A stretch of 64,000 nucleotides of DNA from an uncultured Planctomycetales bacterium. GTDB taxonomy: Bacteria > Omnitrophota > Gorgyraeia > Zapsychrales > JANLHA01. The translations under genes and the position numbers were made by a program. Each line of letters starts with the position of its first letter. Position 1 is the stretch's first letter. Below the pieces are notes generated by a model. That model was given only the letters and a program-made list of their open reading frames with translations, made no database searches and had not been told where the DNA came from. Shown piece after piece: positions 19,001-25,000 of this stretch. The stretch spans positions 12,440-76,439 of the forward strand of contig CAYJXI010000005.1 of NCBI GenBank assembly GCA_964374105.1, given 5' to 3'.

Positions 19001-22000
19001 AGAATATCGTGGATTATGCGGATTATACGGATTTGAAACGCTTACCCCAGGAAGAGGAAATCCCCTTAAAAGTCACCATCAAGGCCGTGATTGAGCGGTC
19101 ATTACAGACAGACAGTGCTCCCCTCCTAATTGTTGATGATGACAATTCCATCCTAGTCGAGGAGGTTTTAGAAGAGTTGAGCCAACAAAAAGATACTGTC
19201 ATGATCCGCATCACGATGAATGCCTTCAGCCGGCGGCAGGAGTTGTTTGGCATGTATCTGCCTAAAAAGCTTTTGTTGGAAAGGCAAGTCAATGCGCTTG
19301 TTGAGACGGCCCCCCAGAGCGATATTCAAGCTGCCCTCAAAGAGATTTTGGGGTTAAAAGAAGATGAGGTCGACTCTTATTTTAAGGAATGGCAGAACAC
19401 CTTGAGTTTAAGGGAAGACCATTTTCTGCGTCAGGCCATAGCCACCTATTTGAATAATAAAGAAGATTGGCGTCAATTTATGGAATGGAAAAACGGGGTT
19501 TTGGTCAGGTTAAAGGAGAAGGCCAAGAAAGACAAAAAGAAAAAGTATCTCATCAATCTCGATAACATCTCCGCCGCCCCGGATAGTGTGCGGCTCCTTT
19601 TGAATCCTGTTTTGTGGGAGCGAATGGTGGAAGTTCCTGAAAAAGGAATGCTTTTAGAATTACCCTCTAATTTGAATTTCATCATGACCATGCATAAGGA
19701 TACAAAAATCATCGACGACGCATTTATGAACCGTCCCTTAGTCCAACACGTTGCCCCTTTGAGTCAGACAGATTATATTCGTTATTTGACAAAAAGCGTC
19801 GGCCTTCAAAAACAAGTGGCCGAACATCTATTGGGAATATTCTCTGAGATTAAAAGACAAGGATTTTTCGAAGACCCGAGACTCAATTTTCATGATCTTA
19901 TCGAAATCGCCAAACGTGCGACACGGGTTTCCTTAGAAAATGATTTGAAACAGGAAGATGTCCTTTTTAAAGAAGCCTTTGATTACCTGTTCTTAAGGAT
20001 GAGGAATGAAAAGGATCGAGACAATTTGAAAAAAATCTTGTTCAGTGACAAAGAGCAAGGTCTTTATCATCCTCTTAAGATCACCGTTGATCGAGAGAAT
20101 GGTGAGATCAACTTTGATGGGGTGAGGCTTAAAGCCTCACCAGCATTCTTGGGTCATTTAAAAGAAACCCCCGAAGCTGATTTTATTAAATTGATGAATG
20201 ATCATTATGGATATATCGTGACGGAATTAGAGATGAGTATTCTTTCTCAGTTGGCGCGTTCCATGAAATATGGTAACAGGGTCGTTCAGTTGGAAGGGCC
20301 TTCCGGGGAAGGGAAAACGGAAGTCGGCCACGTCTTTTCTAAGCTCATTGCTCTTAATCTGGTTGAGCGCACAATCAATCAAGAGACAAATCTGTCAGCA
20401 TTCCGCGGGATCATTCGGCCCACCAAAGCAGGGCGTTATGAATTGTATGAGCCGGTGTATTTAGAACACATTGAAGAGGGCGGGAATTTATTTTTATTGA
20501 ATGAGATCAATACCAATCAATCGGGGGGATTGTATTATTGGCTGTACCCTGAGATCACTCAGCGTGATCACAAAACATTAAGTGAATTCGCTGACATAAG
20601 CGATGAGTCAATCGTCAAAAGGGCCCGGATCGACCAAAATAACCTTTGGCTGTTTACCGTGAATCCGTATGGGTTTTTGGGGCGCGGCATCACTCCTCCC
20701 ATTATCCCCTCCCAAGTCAGTATCTTTTATATGGCCCAGAATCCCGATTCCCTTCCCGAAGTCATCCGCGGTTATTTTGAACGAAACGGTTTACGTGAAG
20801 TTCTTTCCGGTGATTTGTTCAAAGAATATGTGGATAAATTGACATCCATCCATAAGGCCTTAAGAGAGCTTAAATTCACCTATCGATTGCGTTCTCCCCA
20901 AGACATTACCCCACGGGAACTGATCAGTGTCACAACAAAATTTCGCAACTTCATGGTAGAGGAAAAATTAACGCCTAAGGGAGCCTTCCAACGCGCCGTT
21001 GAGGAAACTTATACTTATGTTTGGAAGAATTTAGAGGATATAAAACTGGTGCGTTCGCTGGTCAATGAGATCAATGGGCATGCGGGAAATACGTATCAGG
21101 ATAGAGCGTTTTTGAATAGGGTTGTTGTCGAAGCAACTCGGCCAGTGATGATCTTTTTAACGGCCGCCAATGATCTTACCCAATTGGAAGGATCCATCCA
21201 GGAAAAAGATCCCAAGGCCCAGCTTTTTCATATTCCGTTAAGCTATTTTCACCGCAACCGGCAGTTTGTAGGAGGATTGATTCCTAAGGGGGAAAAAAAG
21301 GTTTTGAGCGGCCGATGGAAAGAAGTCCATCAGTTGACAGCGCAGTTAGAAGAGGGGTTAGGGATCATCCCGGAATTGATCAAAGAGGCGAGGTTTAATC
21401 CCGAAAGAAACATTTATGGCATTTTATATAATTATACGCATCTTAATCCTCAAGTGGCTCCCTTATTGAACGAATTTTTCCAGAAAGGATACTTAGAGGG
21501 AATCGAGGAGCTTATCACCTCAAGGGTCAGTGAGGAATTGTTAAGGCAACTGAAATCACAACCTCAAACCATTTGGCAACAACTCCGAGGAGACTTCGCT
21601 GGCAGTCTTCCCGGGGAGATTGAGCAATTGTCAGATGAAGAAAAACTTTCCTTTGCGCGGTGGTTTTATTCAAAAGCACCCCGGAATTTACGATTCATCG
21701 CAACAGGCTCGAGTGTAGAAGAAACCAGTTTAAGTCCGGCCGAATTGAATCGCTTCTTGGCGGTTAATATTTCTGCAGAAATGGACCTTGAATGGTTAGA
21801 GAATTATTTGGGAAATAAAATAAGTCAAAATGGCTTGGATGCTTATGAATCACAGATCAGTCAAGTGGTGATTCCCGCCTACCAATTCTATCAGCAACAA
21901 ATGGCCCTTTATGAATACGACCACAATCGTTTGGGGAGAAGTGATGTTGATGCTTTTATTGAAACCTTGAAGGAATATCCCAGCCTCAATCCTTCTCTTA

Positions 22001-25000
22001 TCAAAAAATTAGCTTTTTATACATTCGGGATGGGATTAAGGCCGAAATTCAGGGATGAATATCAACTTAAGATCAAATATCAGGAAGAATGGGGACAGCA
22101 GACCAATCTCTTTCGATATGAAACCAGAGCAGATGGTATTTATCTTATTGTGGATGGGATTGCCATGAAAACACAACTGAAAGAGATCCCTAAGAAACGA
22201 TTTTTAGCCCCCACCAAAAATTTGATCCGGCAGATGGCCTCCATGCTGATAGGTTTAAAAAGGGGGAGGATCCTCATTATCGAAGGGGAACCTGGAGGAG
22301 GCAAAACCTCAGGATCAGAGGATCTGGCCGAGCGCTTAGGGTTGGATTTTTATAAGGAGCTCATGTACGAGGATATCAATCTGGGAGATTTTTTGGGAAG
22401 GCTTTCTAAGGAAGGGAATGAATATGTTCTGACAGCTTTAAAGAAGGATCCTCAGCAAAGACCCTTGATCAGATTTTTGAAGGCTTATACACAGGGAGGG
22501 TTATTTTTATTAGATGAAGGGGCTATTGGTTTTAACTCCCAAGAGGTGATTTCCTATCTAACGGAATTAGCCCAATTGAAGGAATTTGATTTAGGCTTGT
22601 TTCATCCGGGATTAAAGGGGCAGGTTTTGAAACGTCATCCCCAATTTTATTTGGCGATGGCCCAGAATCCGGCCAAAACAACCAAGGCCAGAAAGCCGGT
22701 TCCCTATCGAGTGGATACCCTGGCTCACAAGACATGGTCAGACAATATCCTTGATGAAGAAGATGCGATCCGAATCATGGATTATTATCTCACCAGTCCT
22801 GAAGCCATCTCTCTGGATTTGAAAAAGAAAATCGTCAACATCCATATCCAGTTTTCCCGGCAGCATCCCCGGAAAGAAGAATTAAGCCCCCGACAAATCA
22901 TTATGATCGCCCGACTTTTAACCCGGGCCATTGAGGAAAATGCCAATCTTGAGCGAGCCATTTTTGAAGGGCTTATGCTGGGGTATTTAACCGCCGAGTC
23001 GCAAGAGGAATTCACCAAATTATGGTCGGTGGTTGACCAGCAAATGCAAGGGAGGCTCAATCGATATTTAGCCGAATGGAAAGAGCCAGTGAAGATCGAA
23101 AAAGAAGACAATTTTATTCGATTAAATGGAACTAAATTGACCAAATCGGGGACGGAAGGCAATGTCTCGGAGAGAGACTTCCAAATCATTGAGAATTTAC
23201 CTTCCCAAAGCAAGAGTCTTCGGGCGCTGGCCTTAGGGTTATCCATGAATATGCCGATTGCCCTTCTTCAAGAGGATGGGGCCGATGCCCTCGATTTAGT
23301 TAGGAAATTCGCCTATAAGGTCAACTACGAACTTCATACGTTATGGTCTCATCCGCAAATGACTAAGATGCACGTTCTGGAAAACTTATTGCCCAAATTC
23401 AAAGCCCAATTTGATCGTTACGGGATCAAAGAGGAAGAGGTCACGAAAGAATTTATTATGGGATTAGGATTTTTGGCCAGGCATCTCATGAGACACGCAG
23501 AATATGAAAAACTTGACCTTAAGCAAAAAACCACCCAAACCCAGAAGATTCTTTTCTTTCATTTGATGGATGCGATCCCAGAGAAACAGCGGGTTTTATT
23601 AAATGATTTACTGAATACAAACAAAATTGAACTGATCGATGAGAAGGGAGAAGCTGCCATTTATATTTTACCCGATTGGGTGCATATCATGATCTCCTCT
23701 CCGGTAGAACACAAATTTTCCTCCGCATTTATCAATCGTTTCTTACCCATTCGGATTTCCCCGATTTCTGATTTAGATGAGATAACAACCGTCATTCAAA
23801 ATCGCTATCCTTTGGTTAAGGAAGATGAGGTTGTTTGGCTAAGACAAGTTGCAAACACGGTTTATGAATTCGATAGAAATGGTGTCTTTAGTCTTCATTA
23901 TGGATTTAGCCCCCGGGATGTTTTCAAACTAGCCGCCTTGGTGCAATTAGAAAAGCAGCGGGATATCGAGATGGGGAAGTTGAGTGACGATCCGCAAAAC
24001 CCAAAACGAGTTTCTCTCTACCAGAATCCCCTGTATTATGTGATGAAGGCATTCTTTCTGACTTATGGGTTGGGGATCAAAGAATCCGACTACGCGATCT
24101 TTGAGAACGAAATCATTAAGAAAAAGTTCTTAATGCCATTGGGGAAGGGGAGAGAACCACGCATCGTCAATGAGGTGTATGAAAAGATCAAAGCCAGAAT
24201 AAAGGAAGATTTGTCCGGATTAGAGACCGAGGACTATATCTTGAGGGTGGATATAGGTCAGATGGTGGAAGGCAAACTTGAGACCCTCCCGAATGGAATG
24301 AATATAACTCGAACGAAGGGAGGTTTTATTATTACCACTCTGTCGGCCAATGTCTATCAAGTGAGAGATGACCAATTGAAGGATTGGGTAAACCTAAATC
24401 CGGACAGCGATGAATTTTCTCTGAAGCTTGAAGAAAATCAAATGATTTTTAAATTAAAATTGATAAATAGTATCGGAGGGGTCTTCATCCCCAGAGATGA
24501 AGTCAACCAATTATTGAGTTTACCGGAAAGAGAAGTCCCTACCAAAGAATTTATCCGCTACACTAAAGAAATCCGATACCTTGACTCAAGCATTTTGCGG
24601 GGATGGCAAAGGTTCAAAGATTATAGCAATCGGATGGAGGCCCCCCGGGTTCTTTTGCTGAATGGCCTCACCGGGACAGCCAAAACAACCTTGATTAGAA
24701 ATATTGCCAGAATTTGGGGGGTGCCCCTGTATATCCTTAACTCCTTTGAGGAGATCAAAGTGTCGGATTTGACCGTGGGACTTAAGTTGAGGGAAGGGAA
24801 GTTTCAGGTCGGAATTAAGGAATTTTTGGCTCGGGTGGGTAAAATCAACGGGACTCGCTTCAGCATCCCTTCCAAAACCACCTCAAACCGTTCTATCCTT
24901 TTAATTGATGAGGCGAATGCCAATCCAGAAATCCTCTATGCCCTAGCCCCCTTATTCCGGGGGGAGAAAAAGTTTACTGTGGAATATGTAGGGGAAAGTT

